A DNA stretch of 64,000 bases from Myxococcales bacterium (GTDB taxonomy: Bacteria; Myxococcota_A; Polyangia; Polyangiales; Polyangiaceae): contig JAYTOU010000060.1 in assembly GCA_043747615.1 (NCBI GenBank), positions 141,630-205,629 on the forward strand, read 5' to 3'. Position 1 is the first letter of the stretch. Each line of letters starts with the position of its first letter. A program made the position numbers and the translations under genes. A model generated the notes under the pieces. The model was not told where the DNA came from. It ran no database searches and was given only the letters and a program-made list of their open reading frames with translations. Below are positions 54,018 to 62,349 of this stretch, in pieces.

Positions 54018-55093
54018 TACTTGTCCGGATCACCCCGCGGCGCCGGAGGAATCAAGCTCGCTCGCATCGGCTTCGGGGTCTCGATCGGGCTGCCCGGCGG
54101 TCTGGCCTGACTGATCGGGCGTGGCGGCGCGACCTCGGGGCGCGGGCCGATCATGGAGATGCCGGCCATGTCTTCTTCCGAGCTCGCGGGGGGCGGAGGC
54201 ACACTGGGGATCGCGTGTGGCGTGGGCGGCGGCACCGTGATCCGGAAAGAGCCGGTATGCGCGGTGGGGGGACGTTCTTTCTTCGCACCCGCCTTCTTCT
54301 TGCGATTGCGCTGGCCGAAGAGGCCGAGGAGCGCCTGCCGCAGCGAGGCCCCGTCGAGGTTGGAGATGATGTTTCCATTGAAGCAGAAGCTGATCGTGCC
54401 GCGCTCTTCGGAGACGACTACGACGACCGCGTCGGTCTCCTCGGTGATTCCGAGAGCGGCACGGTGGCGAGAGCCGAGCGACTTGTCGAGCAGCTTGGTG
54501 TCGGGCATCGGGAAGAAGACGCCGCCCTTGGCGATACGCAAATTCCGGATGACCACCGCTCCGTCGTGAAGCTTGTTCACGCTCTCCGGAACGAAGAGCC
54601 CGACGAGGAGCTCGCGCTGGACGGACGCGTCGATCGTGGTGCCTTGCGAGACGACGAACTCGTCGAGGTTGGCGTCTTGCTCGAAGCAGATGAGCGCTCC
54701 CATGCGGTGACGCGCTAGCTCGGTCGCCGCCGCCACGACTTCGTCGATCACCCTTGATTCCTGCTGCCGCGACACGCCGCTGAAAAAGGCGCGCGAGCCG
54801 ACCCGCATGAGGCCGCGGCGAATGTCGTTCTGGAAGACGACGACCACGATGAGGATGACCTGGGAGAGGAGAGAGGAGAGCAGATTGAAGAGCGTGATGA
54901 AGTTCGCGAACTTCGAGATCACGAAGATCACGAAGATGACGGCGAGCCCGATGCCCATCTGCATCGCCCGCGTGCCGCGAAGGACGAGAAGCGCGCGGTA
55001 GATGATGTACGTCACCACCGCGAGGTCGAGGACGTCGATCGCTACCTGCCCGAGCGAGCGCATGGCGAACAGATGGAGGAGCCCCTCAAGCAT
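54017..55093 (-). CDS. cdaA: Membrane diadenylate cyclase CdaA
   Basis: Three TMs, VFQNDIRRGL, LHDGAVVI (DGA), GSRHRAA (RHR), VVSEERG and a Pro-rich tail. Confidence 0.95.
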   Translation of the reverse strand: MLEGLLHLFAMRSLGQVAIDVLDLAVVTYIIYRALLVLRGTRAMQMGIGLAVIFVIFVISKFANFITLFNLLSSLLSQVILIVVVVFQNDIRRGLMRVGSRAFFSGVSRQQESRVIDEVVAAATELARHRMGALICFEQDANLDEFVVSQGTTIDASVQRELLVGLFVPESVNKLHDGAVVIRNLRIAKGGVFFPMPDTKLLDKSLGSRHRAALGITEETDAVVVVVSEERGTISFCFNGNIISNLDGASLRQALLGLFGQRNRKKKAGAKKERPPTAHTGSFRITVPPPTPHAIPSVPPPPASSEEDMAGISMIGPRPEVAPPRPISQARPPGSPIETPKPMRASLIPPAPRGDPDK

Positions 55094-55967
55094 CGTGCGC
55101 CCTTGCCCCGCGGGGGGAGAGGAGGCGATCCATGTCGATCGCTTGCTTTGTTGCGCGAACGTCGTGCACGCGAAGGAGCTTCGCCCCCGCTCGGGCCGCG
55201 TGCACCGCCGCTGCGACAGAAGCACCAAGACGCTCGTCGGGCCGGGCGTCTGCATCCACCAAGCGCAAGAAGGACTTGCGGCTCGCTCCGATGAGAACGG
55301 GAACATTTAGTCGGGTCACGAGGTCGCTCGTCCGCCGAAGGAGCTCTTTGCTGTGGCGCGCCGCTTTGGCGAAACCGAGACCAGGATCCATCACGAGCGC
55401 ATCGCTTTCGACGCCAAGCGAACGCGCGCGCGCGGCCGCCTCTTCCCACTCGCGAAGGACGTCTTCCACCACGTCCCCGTAGGCGTCGGCCGGCGCCTCG
55501 CTGAAGTCTTTCATTTCTGCCTGCGTCCCGCGGGCATGCATGAGGACGTAGGCAGCCCCGAACGAGGCGACGACGCGCGCGAGCCCATCGTCCCGCAAGC
55601 AGGAAACGTCGTTCAAGGCGGAAGCTCCAGCCTCGAAGCACGCGCGAGCGACGTCGGGGCTGGCGGTGTCGACCGACACAGCACCTTTATTTGCCGCGTA
55701 ACGGACGACCTCGACCACCCGCGCGATCTGCTCGCCGGCGGAAACGGGAACAGCCCGCGGCCTCGTCGACTCGCCGCCGATGTCGACGACGTCCGCGCCC
55801 TCGCCGAAGAGCGCATCGACCCGCGCAAAGGCAGCTTCACGCGTCACGTAGTGACCACCATCGCTGAACGAATCCGGCGTGACGTTGCAGATCCCCATGA
55901 GGGCCACGCCGCGCGTTTGCACGGCTCCCCCGAGCGCGGAGAAAAATTTTTCTCGTCGCTGGATCAA
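55086..55967 (-). CDS. folP: Dihydropteroate synthase
   Basis: MGICNVTPDSFSDGG, DIGGESTRP, DPGLGFAK, GASRKSF and LRVHDV. TTG start after GAGGA. Confidence 0.96.
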   Translation of the reverse strand: MIQRREKFFSALGGAVQTRGVALMGICNVTPDSFSDGGHYVTREAAFARVDALFGEGADVVDIGGESTRPRAVPVSAGEQIARVVEVVRYAANKGAVSVDTASPDVARACFEAGASALNDVSCLRDDGLARVVASFGAAYVLMHARGTQAEMKDFSEAPADAYGDVVEDVLREWEEAAARARSLGVESDALVMDPGLGFAKAARHSKELLRRTSDLVTRLNVPVLIGASRKSFLRLVDADARPDERLGASVAAAVHAARAGAKLLRVHDVRATKQAIDMDRLLSPRGARAHDA

Positions 55968-56159
55968 CGTATCCTCACCGCCCGTTCCTAACCCGCGCAC
56001 GCAGACGCCCTGCGATACGAGCGATTCCAGGCGTAGCAATAGTCGTACCGATGGGCAAGAAAGTTGAAGACGGGTTGCCAGCGCAATTCAGCGTGAGATA
56101 GGCTTTTTCCCGGTCGGCTCGGCACCTAGTCGAGGCCTATCCATTCCCCAAAAGACGCG

Positions 56160-57842
56160 ATGTTACGCACTCGAGTTCGAGCCGGGGCCCTTGCCGGGTT
56201 CGTGATGAGCTTCGTCTTCGCCGCATTCCTGACGCTGGTGCAAACGGGAGACGTGTTCATCGCGGGATGGGAGCCCCACTTCGGGCAAGCGACCCCGACC
56301 ACGATCCGCGTGCCTTACGCGACGTTCATCCAGAAGGCAGTCAGCTCCACCATCGCCTACGAGCACACGAGGATCATCGTTCCCCGCGGCACGGTCCTCG
56401 ACGCGTCGAACGACGCCCACCGCATCGCGTATGCGTTCGAGATGTCGCGCCGACCTGCGAAATCAATCCGCACCGGCGCCTACGGGATCATCTACTTCAC
56501 GCTTTTTTTGTTGCTCGCGACGTACCTGCGGCGCTTCGGGCAGACGCGGACGCGCCTACTGCGCACGCAGCTCGGCCTCTTCGTGACGATGTCGCTGTTC
56601 ATCATCGCCGCCAAGCTCGCGCTCGTCCTCAGCCCGGCGTCGGAGTTCTGGATTCCCCTCGCCACGCTTCCTTTGTGGTGCACGTTCGAGTTCGAGCGCC
56701 GAACGGCGTTCATCATCAACGTGATGATGGCGTTCATGACGGCGTCGCTGCTCGTCTTCGATCTCCCCTTCTTGACCGTGCTCATCACCCGCGGTCTCGC
56801 AGCGAGCCTCCTCTTCCTCAACCGCAAGCAGCCGCGTCAGATGATCGTCGCCGGCTCCGCTGGCGGCGTGGTTGCGTCGGTCATCTACGTCGCCGTTGTG
56901 ACGATTTTCGACGGCAAATTCTCGGTCGTTCGCGATCTCGAGCTCGGCATGCAGTCGCCCCTGGTGGGCTGCGCGGGCGGCGGGCTCCTCTCGGGATTTC
57001 TCGCTCACAGCCTGCGTCAAGTAGCGCAGCGCGCGCTCGGCAGTGTGTCGCGTGATCGCCTGATTGAGCTCACCGACCTCGAGCAGCCTCTGCTCCGCAA
57101 GATGGCGAAGGAGGCACCCGGATCGTGGGAGCACGCGCGTGCCATGGCCAACCTCGCCGAAGCGGCCTCTGCGGCCATCGGAGCAGACGCGCTACTCACG
57201 CGCGTCGGCGCCTACTACCACGACCTCGGAAAGACGATTCAACCCAAGTATTTCGTGGAGAACCTCTCGCCCGGTGAGCCGACGCCGCACGATGCGCTCG
57301 AGCCCGACGTGAGCGCCGACGCGATCATGGCCCACGTCGTTCAAGGGACGAAGATCCTCCGCGAAGGCAGCATCCCCGAGCCGGTGGTGGAGTTCGCGTA
57401 CACCCACCACGGCACGCAGGTGATCGAGTTTTTCTTCCACAAGTGCAAAGAGAGCGGGAACCCCAAGGGTCTCACCGAGGATTTTTTTCGCTACCCCGGG
57501 ATGAAGCCGCAGACGAAGGAGACGGCGATCCTCATGCTCGTCGACTCGATCGAAGCCGCGAGTCGGACGATCCAGCCTCCCGATCGCGCGAAGTTCGAAG
57601 AGATGATTCAGCGCATCGTCTTCACCAAGCTGAAATCCGGTCAGCTCGACGAGTCCGGCCTCACCGTGGAGGACCTTCGCATCCTGGTCATCAAGATGGC
57701 CGAGACGCTGGTCAACATGTACCACGGTCGGATCAAGTACCCCTGGCAGAAGGAGGGGCAGGAGAAAGCGGAGCAGCCGAAAGCTGCCGAGCAAGAAGAG
57801 GCGCGCAAGGGGAAGGCGCCTCAAAAAGAGAAGCCGAACTGA
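56160..57842 (+). CDS. 7TM-HD phosphohydrolase, PgpH-like c-di-AMP phosphodiesterase
   Basis: TM bundle, LIELTDL..PLLR, APGSWEH, GAYYHDLGK, YFVEN, HHGT, FRYPG.KPQTKE and DSIEAASR. Confidence 0.88.
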   Translation: MLRTRVRAGALAGFVMSFVFAAFLTLVQTGDVFIAGWEPHFGQATPTTIRVPYATFIQKAVSSTIAYEHTRIIVPRGTVLDASNDAHRIAYAFEMSRRPAKSIRTGAYGIIYFTLFLLLATYLRRFGQTRTRLLRTQLGLFVTMSLFIIAAKLALVLSPASEFWIPLATLPLWCTFEFERRTAFIINVMMAFMTASLLVFDLPFLTVLITRGLAASLLFLNRKQPRQMIVAGSAGGVVASVIYVAVVTIFDGKFSVVRDLELGMQSPLVGCAGGGLLSGFLAHSLRQVAQRALGSVSRDRLIELTDLEQPLLRKMAKEAPGSWEHARAMANLAEAASAAIGADALLTRVGAYYHDLGKTIQPKYFVENLSPGEPTPHDALEPDVSADAIMAHVVQGTKILREGSIPEPVVEFAYTHHGTQVIEFFFHKCKESGNPKGLTEDFFRYPGMKPQTKETAILMLVDSIEAASRTIQPPDRAKFEEMIQRIVFTKLKSGQLDESGLTVEDLRILVIKMAETLVNMYHGRIKYPWQKEGQEKAEQPKAAEQEEARKGKAPQKEKPN

Positions 57843-57861
57843 CAGACCATACGAGGCCCCG

Positions 57862-59580
57862 ATGATCGAACAGTCGTTCATGAAGTCCGTGTTTCATGGA
57901 GTGATCGCCGAAGGGCTTATTTTTCCCTTTCCGGAGCCCTCGGCGGCGGAAGTCGACAACCTGAACATCATGGTCGACAGCGTGCGGAAGTTCTGCGCCG
58001 CCAACGTCGACGCGGCGAAGATCGATCGCGACCAGGCGATTCCGCCCGAGGTGCTCAAAGGACTGAAGGAGCTCGGTCTCTTCGGGACACTCATTCCCGA
58101 AGAGTACGGAGGGATTGGTCTGTCGGTGACCGGCTACGCCCGCATCATGCAAGAGATCTCGGCGATCGATTCGTCGCTCGCGGTCACTCTCGGCGCACAT
58201 CTCTCCATTGGCCTGAAGGGGATTCTCCTCTTCGGGACCCACGAGCAGAAAAAAAAATATTTGCCGAAGCTCGCCAGTGGAGAAGAGGTCGCGGCTTTCG
58301 CCCTCACCGAGCCGAGCGCCGGGAGCGACGCGGCCGCCATTCAGACGCGCGCAGAAGCGAGCGCCGACGGGAGCTACTACACCCTCAACGGCTCGAAGAT
58401 CTGGATCTCCAACGGCGCTTTTGCCGATGTCTTCACCGTCTTCGCGCGCACGTCGCCGAAGGAAGACGGAGCCAAGCCGCGCATCTCCGCCTTCATCGTC
58501 GAACGTTCCATGGGCGTAAAAAACGGACCGAACGAGCACAAGCTCGGGATCCGCGGGAGCTCGACGACCGAAATTTATTTCGAGGACGTGAAGGTCCCAG
58601 CGGAGAACCTCCTCGGTGAGAGCGGGCGTGGATTCAAGGTGGCGATGGAGGTGCTCAACAGCGGCCGCCTCGGTCTCGCCAGCGGCTGCGTCGGCCTCGG
58701 CAAGCGCCTGATCAAGATGGCGGTGGAGCGCTGCCAGGAGCGAAAAGCGTTCGGCCGGCCCATAGGCGAATTCGGTCTCATCAAGGACAAGATCGCGACG
58801 ATGACGTCGGACATGTTCGCGCTCGAAAGCATGACCTACCTCACGACCGGGCTCGTGGACGCGAAGGTGTCGGACTATTCGGTGGAGAGCGCCATCTGCA
58901 AAGTCTACGGCTCGGAGACGCTGTGGCGCGTGGTGAACGAGACGCTGCAGATCGCGGCCGGCATCGGCTACATGCAGGAGTATCCCTACGAGCGCATGCT
59001 GAGAGATGCGCGGATCAACCTTATTTTCGAGGGTACGAACGAGATCCTGCGCTGCTTCATTGCCCTCAGTGGAATGCAGGGACCAGGCAACGAGCTCGTC
59101 GAGGTGGCGAAGGCGATGCGTGAGCCCATCAAGGGTTTCGGTCTCCTCAGCGACTTTGCTATCCGCAGGGCACGAACGGTGCTGGGCCGCGAGCGGATGA
59201 CCAAGGCCCACCCGATCTTGAGTCGCGAGCAAGTGATCTTCGAGGAGTACACCCAGGAGCTCGCCGCCAACGTCGACAAGGCGCTGCGCAAGCACGGGAA
59301 GAACATCGCCGAGATGCAGTACACACAGAAGCGCGTGGCCGACATCGCGATCGATCTTTATGGCGTCGCCGCCGTCCTCGCGCGCACGACGAAGTCCATC
59401 GAGCGCCGTGGCGAAGAAGGCGCGCGTCGCGAGATTGATCTCACGACGGTGTTCGTCGCCTCCGCGGAAAAGCGCCTTCGGGACAACGTGGCCGCTTTCG
59501 AGAAGAACGACGATGAGCTCCGCAAAGCCGTCGCCTCCCGCACGTACACCGACGGCGGCTATCCGTTCGACGTCATTTAG
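57862..59580 (+). CDS. Acyl-CoA dehydrogenase (ACAD9/VLCAD-like, long C-terminus)
   Basis: FALTEPSAGSDA, NGSKIWISNG, KLGIRGSST, LNSGR and RDARINLIFEGTNEI. Confidence 0.94.
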   Translation: MIEQSFMKSVFHGVIAEGLIFPFPEPSAAEVDNLNIMVDSVRKFCAANVDAAKIDRDQAIPPEVLKGLKELGLFGTLIPEEYGGIGLSVTGYARIMQEISAIDSSLAVTLGAHLSIGLKGILLFGTHEQKKKYLPKLASGEEVAAFALTEPSAGSDAAAIQTRAEASADGSYYTLNGSKIWISNGAFADVFTVFARTSPKEDGAKPRISAFIVERSMGVKNGPNEHKLGIRGSSTTEIYFEDVKVPAENLLGESGRGFKVAMEVLNSGRLGLASGCVGLGKRLIKMAVERCQERKAFGRPIGEFGLIKDKIATMTSDMFALESMTYLTTGLVDAKVSDYSVESAICKVYGSETLWRVVNETLQIAAGIGYMQEYPYERMLRDARINLIFEGTNEILRCFIALSGMQGPGNELVEVAKAMREPIKGFGLLSDFAIRRARTVLGRERMTKAHPILSREQVIFEEYTQELAANVDKALRKHGKNIAEMQYTQKRVADIAIDLYGVAAVLARTTKSIERRGEEGARREIDLTTVFVASAEKRLRDNVAAFEKNDDELRKAVASRTYTDGGYPFDVI

Positions 59581-59706
59581 GAGCTCGGTGTTTTTCGCCG
59601 AGACCGGCGCGATGCTGTCGTCGGGAGTCGTCGTGGTACAGGGAGTACCGCTCCTCGTCCGCTCCTAAGCCTCGCTTTGTCTCGACGAAAACCACCACAC
59701 TCCTAA
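59577..59706. mobile_element. Putative MITE/REP-like element with imperfect terminal inverted repeats
   Basis: 28-bp TIRs TTAGGAGCTCGGTGTTTTTCGCCGAGAC / GTCTCGACGAAAACCACCACACTCCTAA (5 mismatches), TA at both ends and a central GGTAC-AGGGA-GTACC hairpin. Confidence 0.6.
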
Positions 59707-59711
59707 GGTTT

Positions 59712-59945
59712 TTATGGGCTCTTATTCCGCTCATCGGGGTGCACGCGGGATCGGCGTGCGGGCACCGTGATGATCAGTGGTGGCAAGGTCATCACCACCG
59801 CACCTTCGTCGAGCGGGATGAACCGTGTCCGCGCCGTTGGTTGCGTACGTGGCGGCGGCTCGATGTGCGAACGTGACAGGCCGAGCGCGAGGGCTGGGGA
59901 AATCAAGAGGATGCACGCGAGCAAAATGAGGAGGGTTCGTTTCAT
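59712..59945 (-). CDS. Small exported/membrane hypothetical protein (77 aa)
   Basis: MKRTLLILLACILLISPALALG signal-like N-terminus and a sigma54-like promoter upstream. Confidence 0.6.
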   Translation of the reverse strand: MKRTLLILLACILLISPALALGLSRSHIEPPPRTQPTARTRFIPLDEGAVVMTLPPLIITVPARRSRVHPDERNKSP

Positions 59946-59960
59946 GACGAACGCGCTCAC

Positions 59961-59976
59961 TTCAAGGCGTATGCCA
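59961..59976 (-). promoter_or_regulatory. Sigma54-like promoter (-12 GA variant)
   Basis: Minus strand TGGCATACGCCTTGAA = GG-N10-GA. Confidence 0.5.
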
Positions 59977-60019
59977 TGCCCCCACGCGCCGAATTGCACG
60001 TGTTCGCGGGGTGCGACCG

Positions 60020-60051
60020 TGTCCCGGACAACGGCAAGCTGTCCCCGGACA
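60020..60051. promoter_or_regulatory. Putative enhancer-binding-protein sites (UAS)
   Basis: TGTCC-C-GGACA (60020-60030) and TGTCC-CC-GGACA (60040-60051), the same motif as at 45682. Confidence 0.5.
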
Positions 60052-60201
60052 TTTACAAAGCGATCGCTGGAGCAAGCGAGCTGGAGTCCGAGGAAGGAAC
60101 TCGCATCCAGAGCTTCGGAGGAGCGTTCGCATGAACCCTCCTAGCGTGAGACGGGCGCCCGCACCCGGATTGGGCAGCGTGCGACGTCATCACGAGCTCG
60201 T

Positions 60202-61305
60202 CTAATTCTTTTGCTGAATCATCAGCTCGGATGAACCACCGCGGGCGGCGGCGCGCTTCGCCTTCACGCGGGCTACCCGGTACGCGTGGACGACACCGAG
60301 GGCGCGGACGATTCCTTCGGACTCGACGTCGTCGATGTCGATGGCGACGGAACCTTGAGGCGTCCAGCGCACGAGCGACTCGGCGATGATCGGTGACGGG
60401 GCGCTCGGGTGCACTTCGAGAGCGGGTGAATGCGCGACGGGCATGAACATTTCGCCGTTGCGCCAGCCAACCGCGGCGCGCACCACGCATCCGGTGGGCA
60501 AATCGCGGATGAACCAGTCTCCGAGCGTCGTTCCTATCTGGTGATCGCGCTGCCTCGTGCGCGGGCCGTCCCAGGTGGGCTCGATGATGAGCACGCGAAG
60601 CGAGAGGTGGCCGCCGGGGCGACTTTTTTCGAGGTGCGCGCGGGTGTCGTCGCGCATTTCCCAGTAGGCGAACATCGTGCGCGGGTCGACGGGGATGACG
60701 ATGCACTCGTCGACGTCGTACTTCGGAGGGAGCGGCGCGTCGTCGAGCATCCCGTAAGGTTCGGCGGGAGCATCCTCGGCTTCAGCGCCCAGCTCGGTGG
60801 ACTCGGCATCCGATCCGGAGGCGGCGACGGCGGGCTCGTCTTCTTCGGGAGGGAGCGGCGGGTTGGGAACGGCATAGGCCGAGCTCTCCAGCTGCGCGAG
60901 GAGCGTCCGTGCGGCGGCGTGCTCGGGCTCGATCTCGAGCACGCGGCGAAGAGTCTCGAGGGCCCGCTCTTTGTGGCCCTGGGTCGCGTAGATCTCGGCG
61001 AGGGTCACGGTGGGAACTGCGCTCGGCGTGGCACGCGAAGGAACGGCGGCCGGCCTCGTCCGAATCAACTCCGCCGCCTCGGGAAGGTGGAGCCCGCGCT
61101 CGATCACCCGCGCAAGGAGATCGCGTGCCCGTCCGAAGAAGCCTCGGGCGCGACTGGCGTTGGGATCTTCTTTTTTCGCCTGGCGAAGGAGGAGCTCGTC
61201 GATAAGCTCGGGACGCGTGAGCACTTGGGCCCGCGCGACTCCGGCCTTCTTGGCGCGAGCAATCAACGTATCTCGGTCGAGCGCCTCGAGCTCCGTGCGT
61301 TCCAT
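60202..61305 (-). CDS. DUF4912-domain protein with Rho-N-like N-terminus and TPR motif
   Basis: ELEALDRDTLIARAKKAGV...LTRPELIDELL; TVTLAEIYATQGH..RAL; LPPKYDVD..IVIPVDPRTMFAYWE. Confidence 0.8.
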   Translation of the reverse strand: MERTELEALDRDTLIARAKKAGVARAQVLTRPELIDELLLRQAKKEDPNASRARGFFGRARDLLARVIERGLHLPEAAELIRTRPAAVPSRATPSAVPTVTLAEIYATQGHKERALETLRRVLEIEPEHAAARTLLAQLESSAYAVPNPPLPPEEDEPAVAASGSDAESTELGAEAEDAPAEPYGMLDDAPLPPKYDVDECIVIPVDPRTMFAYWEMRDDTRAHLEKSRPGGHLSLRVLIIEPTWDGPRTRQRDHQIGTTLGDWFIRDLPTGCVVRAAVGWRNGEMFMPVAHSPALEVHPSAPSPIIAESLVRWTPQGSVAIDIDDVESEGIVRALGVVHAYRVARVKAKRAAARGGSSELMIQQKN

Positions 61306-61365
61306 AGTCGACCGTTTGCCCGCGTGGAGCCCCGGATGCCAGCGAAAAAGGCGCGTGCGTTCGAC

Positions 61366-62349
61366 TCAGCCGAAGGATCCACCTGACGAGTCGTCCCCTG
61401 AACGGATGCCTTCGAGACGCTCCTTCGCCAGCGCCGCATCGAGACCAATCTGGTGCTTCAGCGCGTCGAGCCCCTGGTATTTTCGCTCTTCGCGGAGGCG
61501 CGACACCACGTGCACGCGGAGGCATGATCCGTAGAGGTCCCCCGAAAACTCGAAGAGGAAGACTTCCACCGTCCGCGCCAAATCTCCACCAATCGTGGGG
61601 CGAACGCCAATGCTCATCACCCCCTTGGCGAGAGCCGTTTTCGATCCGAGGTCGTCGACCACCACGGCGTAGATGCCGTCGGCCGGAAGCATCTCTGGAA
61701 TGTCCCCCAAGTTCGCGGTTGGAAAGCCGAGCGTGCGGCCAAGCTTCGCACCCTCCACGACGACGCCGCTGAGGGAGTGCCACCGACCGAGGACGAGGTG
61801 CGCTTCGTCAAGGTCCCCCGCAGCCACGGCCTCGCGGGCACGTGAGCTCGAGAACGGGCCTTTTGCGTCCTGCGCCGGTGCGTGGGCGTGGGCGTCGAAG
61901 CCAAGCTTGGCTCCCAGTTTTTCCAGCGCCGCAGCGTTGCCCGCGCGCTTTGCGCCGAAGCCGAAGTTTTGACCCACGACGACCCGCTTGGCGTCGAGGG
62001 TCTTGACGAGGAGCTCCTCGGCGAAGCGTTCGGGCGACCACCCGGCGAACGCGCGATCGAAGCGGCGTACCACCACGCCAGTGATTCCCAGGCGGCGAAT
62101 GAGCTCGGCGCGGCGTTCGAGCGTCGTTAGCAGGGGCGGTGCTTCGCGACCGAGGACGAGGCTCGGGTGCGGATCGAAGGTCAGTACGTAGGACGAAAGG
62201 CCTAGTTTCTCCGCACGTGCGACGACGTCCCGGAGGACCAACTGGTGCCCCAGATGAACACCGTCGAAGTTTCCGATGGCGACGACCGTGCCGCGCGGGT
62301 CGACTCGGGGAGAATCGTCGTGGAGCGTGATGTACTGCGCTTCGGTCAC
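61366..62349 (-). CDS. ribF: Bifunctional riboflavin kinase/FAD synthetase
   Basis: IGNFDGVHLGH, TFDPHP, SSSRAR, GRTLGFPTAN, GVRPT and LREERKY. GTG start overlaps the upstream stop. Confidence 0.96.
   Translation of the reverse strand: MTEAQYITLHDDSPRVDPRGTVVAIGNFDGVHLGHQLVLRDVVARAEKLGLSSYVLTFDPHPSLVLGREAPPLLTTLERRAELIRRLGITGVVVRRFDRAFAGWSPERFAEELLVKTLDAKRVVVGQNFGFGAKRAGNAAALEKLGAKLGFDAHAHAPAQDAKGPFSSSRAREAVAAGDLDEAHLVLGRWHSLSGVVVEGAKLGRTLGFPTANLGDIPEMLPADGIYAVVVDDLGSKTALAKGVMSIGVRPTIGGDLARTVEVFLFEFSGDLYGSCLRVHVVSRLREERKYQGLDALKHQIGLDAALAKERLEGIRSGDDSSGGSFG

Noticed and set aside
24706..58258. Poly-A runs of 8-9 nt in CDSs (about 24706, 25690, 58249) as phase-variation tracts
   Set aside because: They are in-frame Lys codon runs in intact genes, with no evidence of slippage.
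59962..60145. Strong SD (AGGAGGG) and ATG at 60132 on the minus strand giving a 56-aa ORF, with a frameshifted LGLQLAC lipobox-like stretch
   Set aside because: The product is not protein-like and runs through the predicted enhancer and promoter. At most a small gene remnant, too weak to call.
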